A stretch of DNA of 64,000 nucleotides from contig JARDVH010000031.1 in assembly GCA_030324005.1 (NCBI GenBank), positions 38,535,680 to 38,599,679 on the forward strand. Reading direction: 5' to 3'. Shown piece after piece: positions 23,186-34,498 of the stretch (position 1 is its first letter; each line of letters begins with the position of its first letter). This DNA comes from Negaprion brevirostris (Eukaryota). The notes under the pieces were generated by a model. That model saw only the letters and a list, made by a program, of their open reading frames with translations, ran no database searches and was not told the DNA's origin. A program made the position numbers and the translations under genes.

Positions 23186-23482
23186 ATAAACCTGGTCCAC
23201 CAGCTTCTATCAAAGTTAGCAACATTTATTCAGATCGTGTTACACTGAAGTGGGAACCTCCTCTTGAGGATGGAGGTTCTGAGATAACTAACTACATAGT
23301 CGATAAACGTGAGACAAGCCGTCCTAATTGGGCTCAAGTTACTGCTAATTTACAGATTACGCAGTGTGGTATAGAGAAACTGATAGAAGGACATGAATAC
23401 CAGTTCCGTGTCAGTGCAGAGAACAAGTATGGAGTTGGTGATCCAATTATTACTCATCCAGTTATTGCTAAGAATCCTTACA
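23186..23482 (+). CDS. ttn: Titin exon, Fn3
   Basis: TAG|DKPGPPASIKV...IAKNPY|GTAAGT; 297 nt. Confidence 0.96.
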
Positions 23483-23575
23483 GTAAGTAAAATACATTAT
23501 AATTTTGTAGCTACTTTTCATTTTAATTGATAAACAGGCAAACACCATTTAACACATGCATTGTATTATTTACAG

Positions 23576-23878
23576 ATGTACCTGGGCCATGTGATGCTCC
23601 AATAATTAGCAACATCACAAAAGATCACATGACTGTTAGCTGGAAAGCCCCAGCAGATGATGGTGGATCTCCGGTGACTGGATATATGTTAGAAAAACGT
23701 GAGACGTTGTCTGTTGCTTGGTCAAAAGTCAACAGAAAACCAGTTTTAGAAAGAACAGTTAAAGCCACAGGACTTCAAGAAGGCACTGAGTATGAGTATC
23801 GAGTTATTGCTTTGAATAAAGCAGGACCGGGTAAACCCAGTGAATCTTCAAAAGCAGCGTTTGCCCTTGATCCTCAGT
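23576..23878 (+). CDS. ttn: Titin exon, Fn3
   Basis: CAG|[13 protein letters not shown]...FALDPQ|GTAAGT; 303 nt. Confidence 0.96.
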
Positions 23879-23918
23879 GTAAGTAAACATATAACTTTAT
23901 ATATACATAAGTGTACAT

Positions 23919-23938
23919 TATATATATATATATATATA
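23919..23938. repeat. (TA)n microsatellite
   Basis: About 10 TA units in a short intron. Confidence 0.9.
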
Positions 23939-24015
23939 CACATTTGCGAGCACCATGCTCCCTTACTCTCTTGTTTGTTGAACTTTTTCATTGAAATTGT
24001 TTTATTTCCATTCAG

Positions 24016-24321
24016 ATCCTCCAGGACCTCCTGCCTTCCCAAAAGTTGTTGATACAACTCGCAGTACTATCAGTTTGTCTTGGAGTAAGCCAGCATATGA
24101 TGGTGGCAGTCCAATTTTGGGATATTTAGTTGAAGTTAAGCGGGCAGATGGTGAACACTGGACAAAGTGCAATATACCAAAGAATCTTCGTGAGACACAT
24201 TATACTGTAACAGGACTATCTGAAGGCACTGAGTATCAGTTCCGTGTAAGCGCAGTGAACAAAATAGGCTTCAGTGATCCAAGTGAAGTGCCAGAAAAAC
24301 ATACTGCCAAGGATATTTTGA
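24016..24321 (+). CDS. ttn: Titin exon, Fn3 (end of C1)
   Basis: CAG|[12 protein letters not shown]...TAKDIL|GTAAGT; 306 nt. Confidence 0.96.
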
Positions 24322-24417
24322 GTAAGTTTTCATTACTCTGTGAAGCAAATTCAGTATTGTCATTAAAACATTATATTATCCTCAACAAGTCAGGCAATAT
24401 ATGGAGAGATAGTACTT

Positions 24418-24552
24418 TCTAATGAAAGGTCATCGACCCACTATGTTAACTCTGTCTCTCGTTTGACAAATGCTGCCCAACCTTTCCAGTAGTTCCAGCA
24501 TTTTTAATTTTATTTACAATTTGCAGCATTTGCAGTATTTTGCCTTTGTATT
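24418..24552 (+). mobile_element. Penelope-like terminal repeat fragment
   Basis: TCTAATGAAAGGTCATCGACC...GTTAACTCTG...ATGCTGCC...TTCCAGCATTTT...GCAGTATTTTGC resembles an abundant shark Penelope-derived repeat (recall). Confidence 0.5.
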
Positions 24553-24688
24553 ATCTTTCTGAAATGTTCTCTCCATTATTCAAATGGAAGAATTATTGCA
24601 TTCTAAATAAATGGGTTAATGGCAATAAATAAATAAATATTTTTGACTCTTGTAGTCTGAAATCCAGCAACACTATTACAGAATCAGT

Positions 24689-24911
24689 GGGTGGTATTTT
24701 CTGGCCTTTCCCACTAGTAAGATCTTCCGGTCCAGTTGAGATTAACCACCACCAAACAACCCCCCCCCCACACATCACCACCACCACCACCATGTGGTAG
24801 GTTCCTAGTGGCAAAGTGGATGCATCATGCAAAAGTCTGTAGGGTGTGGCATCAGCACCTATTGACTCACCACAGGAAAACCCGCCACAGAGGGGCTGGA
24901 ATATCCTGGAC
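24689..24911. mobile_element. About 220-bp MITE with internal (CCA)n
   Basis: Left GGGTGGTATTTTCTGGCC, right GGCTGGAATATCCTGGAC; GATCTTCCGGTCC resembles GATTCTCCGGTCC in the 18842 element; flanks AGT/AGC. Confidence 0.55.
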
Positions 24912-25522
24912 AGCTGGAGATCAGCTCAAACTAGCACCAGACATGCATGCCTTGGCGTGCTGTAAGTGTCCTTATGTTCTTCAACCAACCCTTAAGAATG
25001 TAGTTTGAGTGGGATAGTGCCATAGTGTAGAGTGATGCCCTTTTTCTAATGGGATAGTGCTTACAGAATCAGATCTTTCTTTATCATAATGGAAATGAGG
25101 ACATATTCAAGAGTTGTAAAGTTAGATGGGAATTTTGTGGGTAAGTTTTTTTTTTAGTAAGTTTAAGACTATTTGTGTGCAATTTGTTATGTTTTAATAT
25201 GTAAAAACATAATTTTACAGGTATATGTTTAGGTAGATGAAGCAAATTTTGTATGAATACAATTGGCATTTTTTGTGACTGAACTAAATGACGCTGTAGA
25301 GGTAGCATAGGACATTATTAGTTCCTGGAATAATGGTTCTGGAATCTGATTGACCAGACAGGTTGAAGTGAAAATGTTCTCAGGGATGTAGCTGAAGCAA
25401 TGGTGGCCTCAGATTCTGTAATCTGTTTGGTAGAATTAATTTGATAACGCAGAAACATATCTTAATACATATGGGAGATTTTTAATAATGAAGATTGAAT
25501 TATGTACCTTTTTTCTGAACAG

Positions 25523-25810
25523 TTCCCCCTGAAGCAGATCTTGATGCTGACTTAAGGAAGGTTCTTATATTGCGTGCTGGTGTCACAATGAGAATCTATG
25601 TGCCAGTGAGAGGCCGGCCTCCACCAAAGATTAGTTGGGCTAAAATGGATGCCAACATACAGGATAGACAAGGACTTGAAATCAAAACTTCAGACTATGA
25701 CACAATGTTGTACTGCGAAAATGTGAATCGATACGATGCTGGAAAGTACATCTTAACTTTACAAAATAGCAGTGGAACAAAAGCATACACACTTACCGTA
25801 AAGGTTCTTG
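25523..25810 (+). CDS. ttn: Titin exon, Ig (start of C2)
   Basis: CAG|[13 protein letters not shown]...LTVKVL|GTAAGT; 288 nt. Confidence 0.96.
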
Positions 25811-25930
25811 GTAAGTTGTTACAAATTATTTTGTTGTCATAAAAAGTAAAATATTAATATAAAGTGAGTTGAATATATTTATTTTACTCAGTGAGACAAC
25901 CATTTACCTTCTTCTTTACTTTTTAATTAG

Positions 25931-26221
25931 ATACTCCTGGTCCTCCAGTTAATCTTATAGTTAAAGAAACATCAAAGGATTATGCTGTTATATCATGGGA
26001 TCCTCCTCTCGTGGATGGTGGCAGTCCAGTTAAAAATTACATAGTAGAGAAACGAGATGCTGAAAGAAAGGCATGGTCAACTGTAGCAACTGAGTGTTCC
26101 AAGACAAGTTTCAGAATTACTAAATTGGAAGAGGGTAAATATTACTACTTCAGGGTTCTAGCTGAAAATGAGTATGGCATTGGCGAACCCTGTGAGACAA
26201 AAGATGCAGTGAAGGCTTCAG
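25931..26221 (+). CDS. ttn: Titin exon, Fn3
   Basis: TAG|[13 protein letters not shown]...AVKAS|GTAAGG; 291 nt. Confidence 0.96.
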
Positions 26222-26323
26222 GTAAGGATTAAACATATTGATTACTTTTCACGATTTAATACTGGACAAAAAAAACTGCATATTGTAATTTTTTCCTCTT
26301 AAACAATCTATTGCATTATATAG

Positions 26324-26611
26324 AAGAGCCTGGGCCTGTGGAAGACTTAAAGGTTGCAGCTGTGTCCAAGAGATCTTGCACTCTGACATGGAATAAACCA
26401 ATCAGTGATGGTGGAACACGAATTACTGCTTATGCTGTTGATGTAATGGTTCAAGAGGACAAGTGGAAAGAGTTGATGAGAGCTAAGAAGTTGCAATGTT
26501 CAACAAATGACCTGGATGAAGGAAAAGAATACACTTTCAGAGTAAGGGCACAGAATGATGCTGGATTCAGCGTGCCACGTGAAATTACACTTGTAGCAAA
26601 GGATCAAGTTG
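26324..26611 (+). CDS. ttn: Titin exon, Fn3
   Basis: TAG|[11 protein letters not shown]...VAKDQV|GTGAGT; 288 nt; NAGNAG acceptor. Confidence 0.95.
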
Positions 26612-26820
26612 GTGAGTAAGCCCCTCTTGGCATTTGTAGTTTATCTTTGAATAATTAGAAGTTCAAATGCAAGTTTGAATTGTTGAATGTAAAATAACTA
26701 ATATTTGGTTTTGTTAATTAACTAGACCTTTTTGGACACATTAGCAAGTCTCAGAAACTTCTAAGGTGTTTTGCAGTGCATAAATTACTTTTAAAGTTTA
26801 ACTACTGTGTTATATAGGCA

Positions 26821-27392
26821 AGGTTATGATAAAGCTGTATAAAACACATGTCAGGCCACATCTAGAGTACTGTGCTGCTCTGGTCACCATACTGTAGGAA
26901 GGATGTGATTACACTAGAAAGGGTGCAGAGGAGATTCACCAGGATGTTGCCTGGGCTGGAACATTTCAGCTACGAAGAGAGACTGGAGAGGTTGGCGTTG
27001 CTTTCCTTCAAGCAGAGAAAGCTGATGGGGCATTGATCAAGATGCAGAAAAATATGAGAGACAGAGATAGGGTAGGCAGGAAGAAACTTTTCTCCTTGGC
27101 AGAGGGGTCAATAAGAGTTAAGGTTATGGGCAGGAATTTAGAAGGGATTTGAGGAAAAAACATTTCTACTAAGAGGATGGTGGGAATCTGGAACTTACTG
27201 ACTGAAAGGGTAGTAGGGGCAGGAATCTTCACAATATTTAAGGAACATTTAGATCCCTTGATCTTAAAATGCCACAGCATATAAGGCCAAGTGCTGAAAA
27301 ATGGGATTAGAATAACTAGGTGGTTGATGGCCAGCACTGACATGATGGGCCGAAGGGCTTTTTTCTGTGCTGTAAAACTTTATGACTATATG
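26821..27392 (+). mobile_element. CR1/HER1-like LINE 3' fragment
   Basis: VMIKLYKTHVRPHLEYC...LERVQRRFTRMLPGLEHFSYEERLERL, ending ATGGGCCGAAGGGC...GTGCTGTAAAACTTTATGACTATA. Confidence 0.9.
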
Positions 27393-27394
27393 CT

Positions 27395-27780
27395 GCATCT
27401 TTGCTGATGGCTTGGGAGGAAGGTCCGTCACAGGTGTTGCACATGACACCACAAAGTGTCTTGTGACTCATTTATGTTTAGTGTTGGTGTCTGCTGCCAA
27501 GCTACTGTATCCAGTGTTCATCATAGCGTTGCATACCAGCCTACAGGAGGTGGCGACATTTTGCTCTGTCGCCTGCTAGCGACTCCCGGGTCTGATTATC
27601 ATGTTTTCATGTCACATTTGCAAACATCCCTGGAGCAGAGTTTCGGGTGTTCTACTTATAGACTGACTCTGGCTACTTCACCATGCACCAGCAGGGCAGA
27701 ACTCCGCCATTTGTAAGCACTCATGGAGGTGGATGTGATGACTCGGGCACGTCCACAGGATGGAAGGCGATCACATTTCT
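27395..27780 (-). mobile_element. RTE-clade LINE fragment with an inverted 5' segment
   Basis: Minus strand LLVHGEVARVSL*VEHPKLCSRDVCKCDMKT (about 27605-27696); plus strand LGHVHRMEGDHI (about 27742-27777). Confidence 0.7.
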
Positions 27781-28269
27781 GATTCTTGTTTAAGGTCTCT
27801 GACTTTGATTTGCAGCAGTCAAGTTGTAAAGCGGAACAGTATTACTTGCAGTTAGGATGCTTCTTTGAGTGTGACACAACGCCGTTTGATGTTTTGTTTT
27901 AAACAGCACAGGAAGTGATTATTTAGACATCGTGCCTGTTCCAGCTCTTCAAATAGCCATCATTTCTCCATTTGAAAGCTTTCACAGACTTTGTTTCCGC
28001 TATTTCTGGTTGGGCATTCTATGTTTGGAGCACCACATTTTTAAGGATGATTCTCCCTCTGTCATTTTTGGCAATGATCTTAAGTCACCGACTCAGTGGC
28101 CAGTTGAAATAGCATTAGCTGATTTACTACAGCAAAACCTCTCTGATTTCAATACCCTGATCTTAACCTTCTTTGTTCTAATGAAGATCCCAAATTTCCC
28201 TCGTCCCTCCTCATAATTCAAGTCTTGGAGTGTCCACCCTGCCAAGCACGCTCAAAGTTTGTTTTTGTT

Positions 28270-28925
28270 ACAGTGAGATCATTCTCATTCAAAAGCGTGC
28301 AAGCTGATTCCACTCAATCTCTCCACACAGGACAACTCTCGATGCAGGGATTAATCTTGTATGTGTTCACTGCACCCCCTATAAGGCAAGTATAGTCTTC
28401 CTTGTGTGTGAAGACCAAATCAGTGCACAGTATGCCACCATTCAAGGATATGGGTCAAGTGCTGGCAATGGGATTAGGTGGGCAGGTCAGGGCCTTTCAT
28501 GAGTCGGTGCAGACTCAATGGGCCAAAGGGCCTCTTCTGCACTGTCGGATTCTTTGTGGCCTCACCAAAACCCAGCACCATTGCAGCAAGACTTATTTAA
28601 GCTAATTCCGTTGCAATAAAGCCCAGCATACCACTTGCCTTCCTAATTGCTTACTGTACCTGTGGAGGGTCTTGACCCAGAGGTTACAGTCATTTGGCAT
28701 ATGAGAAGAAATTTCTTCACTCAGAGGGTTGTGAATCTTTGAAATTCTCTGCTCCAGAAGCTGTGAATGCTCAATACTTGAGCATATTCAAGGCCGAGAT
28801 CAACAAAATTTTGGACTTAAGGAAATCTGATGATATGGTGATTGGAGCAGGGTGGGGGGGTGGGGTCTTGATGGGGGGAGAGGCTTGTTGAGATCAGATC
28901 AATCATGATCTTACTGAATGGTGAN
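28270..28925. mobile_element. Nested CR1 fragments in both orientations
   Basis: Minus-strand CR1 ORF2 piece (GACCAAATCAGTGCACAGTA...GTGGCCTCACCAA) split by a plus-strand CR1 tail at about 28440-28555; another plus piece from about 28700 (GAGAAGAAATTTCTTCACTCAGAGGGTTGTGAATC). Confidence 0.7.
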
Positions 28926-29024
28926 NNNNNNNNNNNNNNNNNNNNNNNNNNNNNNNNNNNNNNNNNNNNNNNNNNNNNNNNNNNNNNNNNNNNNNNNNNN
29001 NNNNNNNNNNNNNNNNNNNNNNNN

Positions 29025-29483
29025 CACCAGGATGTTGCCTGGGCTGAAGCATTTCAGAAGTGAAGGGAGGCTGGTGGTTAGGTTCAGGTTGCTTTCCTCA
29101 GAGCAAAGAAGGATGAAGTGGGACCTGATCAGAGAATGCAAAACTGAGGAACATAAGTAAAGTAAATAGAAAGAAACTTTTCACCTCAGTCAAGAGGGCA
29201 ATTACCATAGGCCTTAAATTTAAGGTAATGGGCAAGAGATTTAATGGGGATTTAAGGAAAAACTTTTCCACCCAGAGAGTGGAACTCATTGCCTGAAAGC
29301 ATGGTAGAGGTGGAAACCTTCATGACAGTTAAGGAGTATTTAGATGAGCACTTAAAACGCCATAGCATTCAAGACTATAGACCAAGTGCTGGAAAAAGCG
29401 ATTTTAATAGATAGTGCTTTATGGCTGACGCAAATCAGATGTGCCAAAGTGCCTCCATCTGTTCTATGGACTTGTATGACTCT
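29025..29483 (+). mobile_element. CR1/HER1-like LINE 3' fragment
   Basis: TRMLPGLKHFRSEGRL, clearly related to 26936-27390; tail TTCTATGGACTTGTATGACTCTA. Confidence 0.85.
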
Positions 29484-29489
29484 AAGGTG

Positions 29490-30165
29490 ATAGGGTGGTA
29501 GAGATATATAGGTACAGTGTACTGAGTGGCAGACAGGGTGGTAAGGTCCCAGCTGGGTAGAGTAGCATGGTGGTATGCGGAAAGGGTGAGAGATTGGCAT
29601 GGTAGTAAGGTAGCAGGTTGGGTAGGTGGTGAGGCCAGGGGGAGTCAAATGGTCAGGGGATCAGTTGTGAATTAGGGTCAGGGAAAGTCAGAGGGGCAGT
29701 GGAGTTAGAGGACCAGGGAAGTTGAAGGTTCGAGAGGAGTCAGTGAATCAGAGGTGAATTGGAGAGTTGTGCGGGAGTTGATGGTTGGGGAGCTGAAGGG
29801 TCAGGGGAGTCAGATGGTTAGTGTGGAGGAGTGTGGAGTGTCAGAGCATTGGGGGACTCAGAGGACCAGGAGCAAACTAGAGGGTCGCAGGGTGTTGGAG
29901 AGTCAGGATGAATCAGATGATCAGAGGCTTCTATCAGCGAGTGGAGGGGGATTCAGAGGGTGGGAATGAATTGGAGGATCACAGATGAATATAAAGATCA
30001 GAATGTGTTGGATGGTCAGCGGTGTGTCAGAGAGACAGGGTTGATTCAGAGGGTCAGAAGTTTGACGGGGGATCAGTGGATCATGAGGAATCTGGGGAGT
30101 TGGGGTCAGGGAAAGTCAGGAGGTATTGAAAGCTCATGGGATATGGGAGTCAGGTGAGTCAGTAT
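29490..30165 (+). repeat. G/purine-rich degenerate repeat built from GGTCAG/GAGTCAG/GATCAG units
   Basis: Strong G excess on + strand; exact direct repeat GGGTCAGGGAAAGTCAG at 29675-29691 and 30103-30119. Confidence 0.7.
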
Positions 30166-30513
30166 GAGTGATTATGCATAGTTACTCTGGAGTTCGAACT
30201 GTTTTCTTTCTGTTTGACATTTCCTGAGTAGGTAAATAAGTCAAAATCATCCAATCTCTCTTACTCCAGACGGTTTGGATTCGGGAATTGCCCAGTGTAA
30301 ATCCAAACTTCCTGGAGGATCCCCACAGTCAGTGTGTTGGGACATCTGATGCATCCCAATACATATTACATATTGGGAGATAAATGTTGGATAGGACCAT
30401 CCAGAATTTCTGGCCTTATACATGCATTGCAGAAGGATTTGATTTAGCTTTACGCAAAGAATTATTAGAAAAATGAAACTTTGTGTTTAGACATTTGACA
30501 GGCAACCGGATTG

Positions 30514-31243
30514 AAGGCCTCAATTTTGCTGCCACCCAGGAGATGTATTGGAAGGCAGGGATTGGGTAAAATCATGGGGAGCTGTGTCTGATTGACTCCC
30601 TGATATATTCCCAATATTGGGGCATTTTACCAACAATGGACTGGAGGCAGTCTGTCCACTCTAATCTCCAGAGTTAAAAGCCCAATTCGGTGCCATTGCC
30701 ATTTTACTGATGGCATTTGACTCCCACTTCATTAGACCAGAATATAATTTGAGCCCCCCCCCCCCACCCACCCAGGTGNNNNNNNNNNNNNNNNNNNNNN
30801 NNNNNNNNNNNNNNNNNNNNNNNNNNNNNNNNNNNNNNNNNNNNNNNNNNNNNNNNNNNNNNNNNNNNNNNNNNNNNNNNNNNNNNNNNNNNNNNNNNNN
30901 NNNNNNNNNNNNNNNNNNNNNNNNNNNNNNNNNNNNNNNNNNNNNNNNNNNNNNNNNNNNNNNNNNNGCACTCATTCCTTTCACAATTTAAAAATTTGGC
31001 TTCACCTACCTGCTATAGGTTCCAGGTCCCAAGGCAGCTTCAGTAGAGAGTGCCACTCCTAATGGTGCTGCTAAACCGTTGGCCCTCTAATTGAGTGGCA
31101 GCTCATGAGGGTATGTCACCAGCATTAATGGGATGGCAGCTCATAAAATGCCGGGGGAAGTTCCATCAGTCACTCGTGCGTGGTAGTGACACACATTTCC
31201 ACCTCACATCAGGAACTCCACACTGCCCACCAAATTCTGGTCA
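30514..31243. mobile_element. Probable decayed MITE/non-autonomous DNA transposon spanning gap 30779-30967
   Basis: Left GGCCTCAATTTT with internal GGGTAAAAT and CATTTTACC, right AAATTCTGGTC; same style as the 8836 element. Confidence 0.4.
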
Positions 31244-31315
31244 AGGTATTTAAAATGATAAATGGATTCAGTACAGTAGATTAAGAAAAGTTATTTTCTC
31301 TGGTGGAAGAATCCA

Positions 31316-31630
31316 CCAGAGGGATGGTACAATGGTTAGCACTGCTACTTCATGGCACCAGGGACTCAGGTTCAACCTGGTCTCGGGTCACTGTCTATGT
31401 GGAGTTTGCACATTTTCCCCGTGTCTGCATGGGCTTCCTCTGGGTGCTCAGGTTTCTCCTCTCAATTCAAAGATATGCGGGTTAGGTTGATTGGCCATAC
31501 TAAATTGACCCTAGTGGCAGGGGATTAGCAGGGTAAATATGTGGGGTTACAGGAATAGGGCCTGGGTGGGATTTGATCGGTACAGACTTGATGGGCCAAA
31601 TGGCCTTCTTCTGCACGGTAGGGATTCTTT
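31316..31630 (+). mobile_element. HE1-like V-SINE, nearly full length, inserted in a CR1 fragment (about 31250-31860)
   Basis: TGGTACAATGGTTAGCACTG, GGTTCAACC, GTGGAGTTTGCAC, tail ATGGGCCAAATGGCCTTCTTCTGCACGGTAGGGATTCT; homologous to 549-830. Confidence 0.9.
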
Positions 31631-32223
31631 AAATCAAGAGTCACAATCTTAAAATTAGAGCTAGATCATTTCTATGTTTGTAGGTGAAGTATAGAATTCC
31701 CTTCCTCCCAAAAGTCTGTGGATGCTGGGACCACTGAAATTTTCAAAACATCAACAGATTGTTGTTAGGTCCGGTTATAGGCTTTTGGGTTGAAGATGGA
31801 TAGATTAGTTGAAGCCAATACCTGATCCAATGATGCAATGTTGCCAAAAGACTGAATGACCCATTGCTGTTCCCACTATAGGACATAGCTAGTCTTTTCA
31901 TCTTCAATTCTAACATTCTAAGCATAAATAAACTACATTTATATTACATTAAGATTGGCACAAGCCAAGTGCACAATTTGCACAGTATCTATAATACTTA
32001 CTTCAATTAGACAATTATCATTAAATAATCTCTTTGAAATTGGTTGGCCATATGTCACCGATGGTAAAGTACTTTATGTCAATTGTTAAGTTAAACTGTG
32101 TACCATCTTAAGGCCTCGCTCATAATAAGACATTGCAAACTATTATTTAAACATCACAATGGTTTCAAAATCTAATTGTCAAAACTGAAAATTGGATTTA
32201 TTAAACTTTCTTTGCCTCAACAG

Positions 32224-32811
32224 TACCACCAAATCTTGACTTAGGAGATTTCCCTGACCTAACATACATTGCCAAGGAGGGAAGTACTGCCCGTATAAAG
32301 ATTCCAATCAGTGGCAAACCTGTACCAAAAGTAACATGGAAGAAAGGTGAAGATGTGCTTCAGGAAACTGGAAGAATATCTGTGGAATCCACAGCAGTTA
32401 ATACAACTCTCACAGTGCGAGATTGTCAAAAGAGTGATGCTGGAAAATATACAATCAACTTGAAGAATGTTGGTGGCACTAAAGAAGCTGCACTGTACAT
32501 GAAAGTAGTTGGAAAGCCTGGAATACCAACTGCACCTTTCCGTTTTGATGAAGTAACAGCAGATGCAATCACTTTAATCTGGGCACCCCCTAAGGATGAT
32601 GGCGGTGCAGAAATCACTAACTATATTTTAGAAAAGCGAGATAACGTCACCAATAAATGGGTGACAAGCGCATCTGCTGTACAAAAAACTTCATTCAGAA
32701 TCACAAGGCTTCATGAAGGAAATGAGTATGTGTTTAGAGTCAGTGCTGAGAATAAATATGGAGTGGGAGAAGGTCTGAAATCTGACCCTGTGATAGCCAA
32801 GCACCCATTTG
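32224..32811 (+). CDS. ttn: Titin exon, Ig + Fn3
   Basis: CAG|[13 protein letters not shown]...IAKHPF|GTAAGC; 588 nt. Confidence 0.96.
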
Positions 32812-32904
32812 GTAAGCATCTTTTGCATTCTGCAATTAAACTTTAATTACAGTGCTACATTCAATTTGAAACTGAATGTTGTTTCTTTTTTTCCCTTCCT
32901 CAAG

Positions 32905-33009
32905 ACGTGCCTGATGCTCCTTTGCCACCAGAGATAGTTGCAGTTAGACATGACTCTGTCTCCCTGACTTGGAAGGATCCAAGGAGAACTGGTGGCTCAC
33001 CAATTACAG
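32905..33009 (+). CDS. ttn: Titin exon, first part of Fn3
   Basis: AAG|[35 protein letters not shown]|GTACAA; 105 nt. Confidence 0.93.
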
Positions 33010-33095
33010 GTACAAAATCAAATTTCTCGTTTTTGGCTAGTAGTTAAACTTACATAACTGCACTACATTTATTTGAAACTACTTTTTTGCACCAG

Positions 33096-33293
33096 GTTAT
33101 CACGTTGAATATAAAGAAAGAAACAGCCTCCTTTGGAAGAGAGCAAATAAGGCCGTACTGAAAATGAAGGATCTTAGAGTGCCAGGCTTGACTGAAGGTC
33201 TTGAATATGAATTTAGAGTTATGGCAATTAACTTGGCTGGTGTGGGCAAACCTAGTGGACCATCACATCCTGTTATTACACTTGATCCAATTG
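33096..33293 (+). CDS. ttn: Titin exon, second part of Fn3
   Basis: CAG|[14 protein letters not shown]...ITLDPI|GTACGA; 198 nt. Confidence 0.94.
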
Positions 33294-33387
33294 GTACGAG
33301 AAATCCATTGCAAAGTTTCTCATTTCTTATTGCTGTGCGTTATAAATGACAAAATCAGTGCCTGACATAAAATGCTTTTCTTTTCAG

Positions 33388-33684
33388 ATCCTCCTGGAAA
33401 ACCTGAAGTCATTAATGTTACCCGAACATCTGTGACCCTAATCTGGACTGAGCCCAAGTACGATGGTGGTCACAAATTAACTGGCTACATTGTTGAGAAA
33501 CGTGATCTGCCTTCAAAGACATGGATGAAAGCAAATCATATAAACGTTCAAGAATGTGCTTTCACTGTTACTGATCTTACTGAGGGCTGTAAATATGAAT
33601 TCCGTATAAGGGCAAAGAATGCAGCAGGAGCAATTAGTCCACCATCTGAAACTACAGGAACCATTATCTGCCAGGATGAATATG
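33388..33684 (+). CDS. ttn: Titin exon, Fn3
   Basis: CAG|[12 protein letters not shown]...ICQDEY|GTGTGT; 297 nt. Confidence 0.95.
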
Positions 33685-33785
33685 GTGTGTAATTTTCTTT
33701 TGTTTAACCACATGATAAAAATAAAAAAGAGGAAAAAAAAACACATTTAGTAATACTAATTCACTTCTTTCTTTCATACCCACAG

Positions 33786-34373
33786 TGGCACCAACAATAA
33801 TAATTGATCCAACTGTCAAAGAAGGCTTAACAGTTAGAGCTGGTGATACTATTGTAATTACTGCTACTAGTATTCTTGGCAAACCTCCACCAACATCAGT
33901 ATGGTCTAAAGGTGGAAAGGACTTCAAAGTCTCTGAGATTGTTCAAATTGATCAAACTCCAACTTCCTCAACACTGTCTGTTAAATATGCTACGAGGAAA
34001 GATTCTGGTGAATACACAATCACTGCCAGCAATCCATTCGGCACCAAAGAGGAAAATGTGCGTGTGAAAGTGTTGGATGTCCCCGGTCCTCCAGGACCTA
34101 TTGAAATAAGCAATGTTTCATCTGAGAAGGTCACACTTAATTGGTTACCACCAATAGAAGATGGAGGTTCTCCAATTAAATCTTACACAATTGAAAAGAG
34201 AGAAACTAGTCGCCTTCTCTGGACTTTAGTTGCCGAAGATGTTCCAAGCTGCAGATATGTTGCAAGCAAACTTATACAGGGAAATGAATATATCTTCCGT
34301 GTCTCTGCCGTAAATCAATATGGGACCGGTGATCCAGTGCAGGCAGAACCAGTTAAGATGGTGGATAGTTTTG
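33786..34373 (+). CDS. ttn: Titin exon, Ig + Fn3
   Basis: CAG|[14 protein letters not shown]...KMVDSF|GTAATC; 588 nt. Confidence 0.96.
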
Positions 34374-34498
34374 GTAATCACAGTCTTTTTTTTAAAATAC
34401 TAATTAAAATAATAATTTAATAATGATTTAAAATGATATTACTTTTGCACATTGGTCTGATAGAAATATAAACTTAATTTATGCTATCCCTCTTTCAG

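Noticed and set aside
30344-30622. Short hairpins and palindrome (CCCAATATTGGG) as miRNA or snoRNA precursors
   Set aside because: Stems are only 6-8 bp, lie in probable MITE sequence and lack C/D or H/ACA box arrangement.
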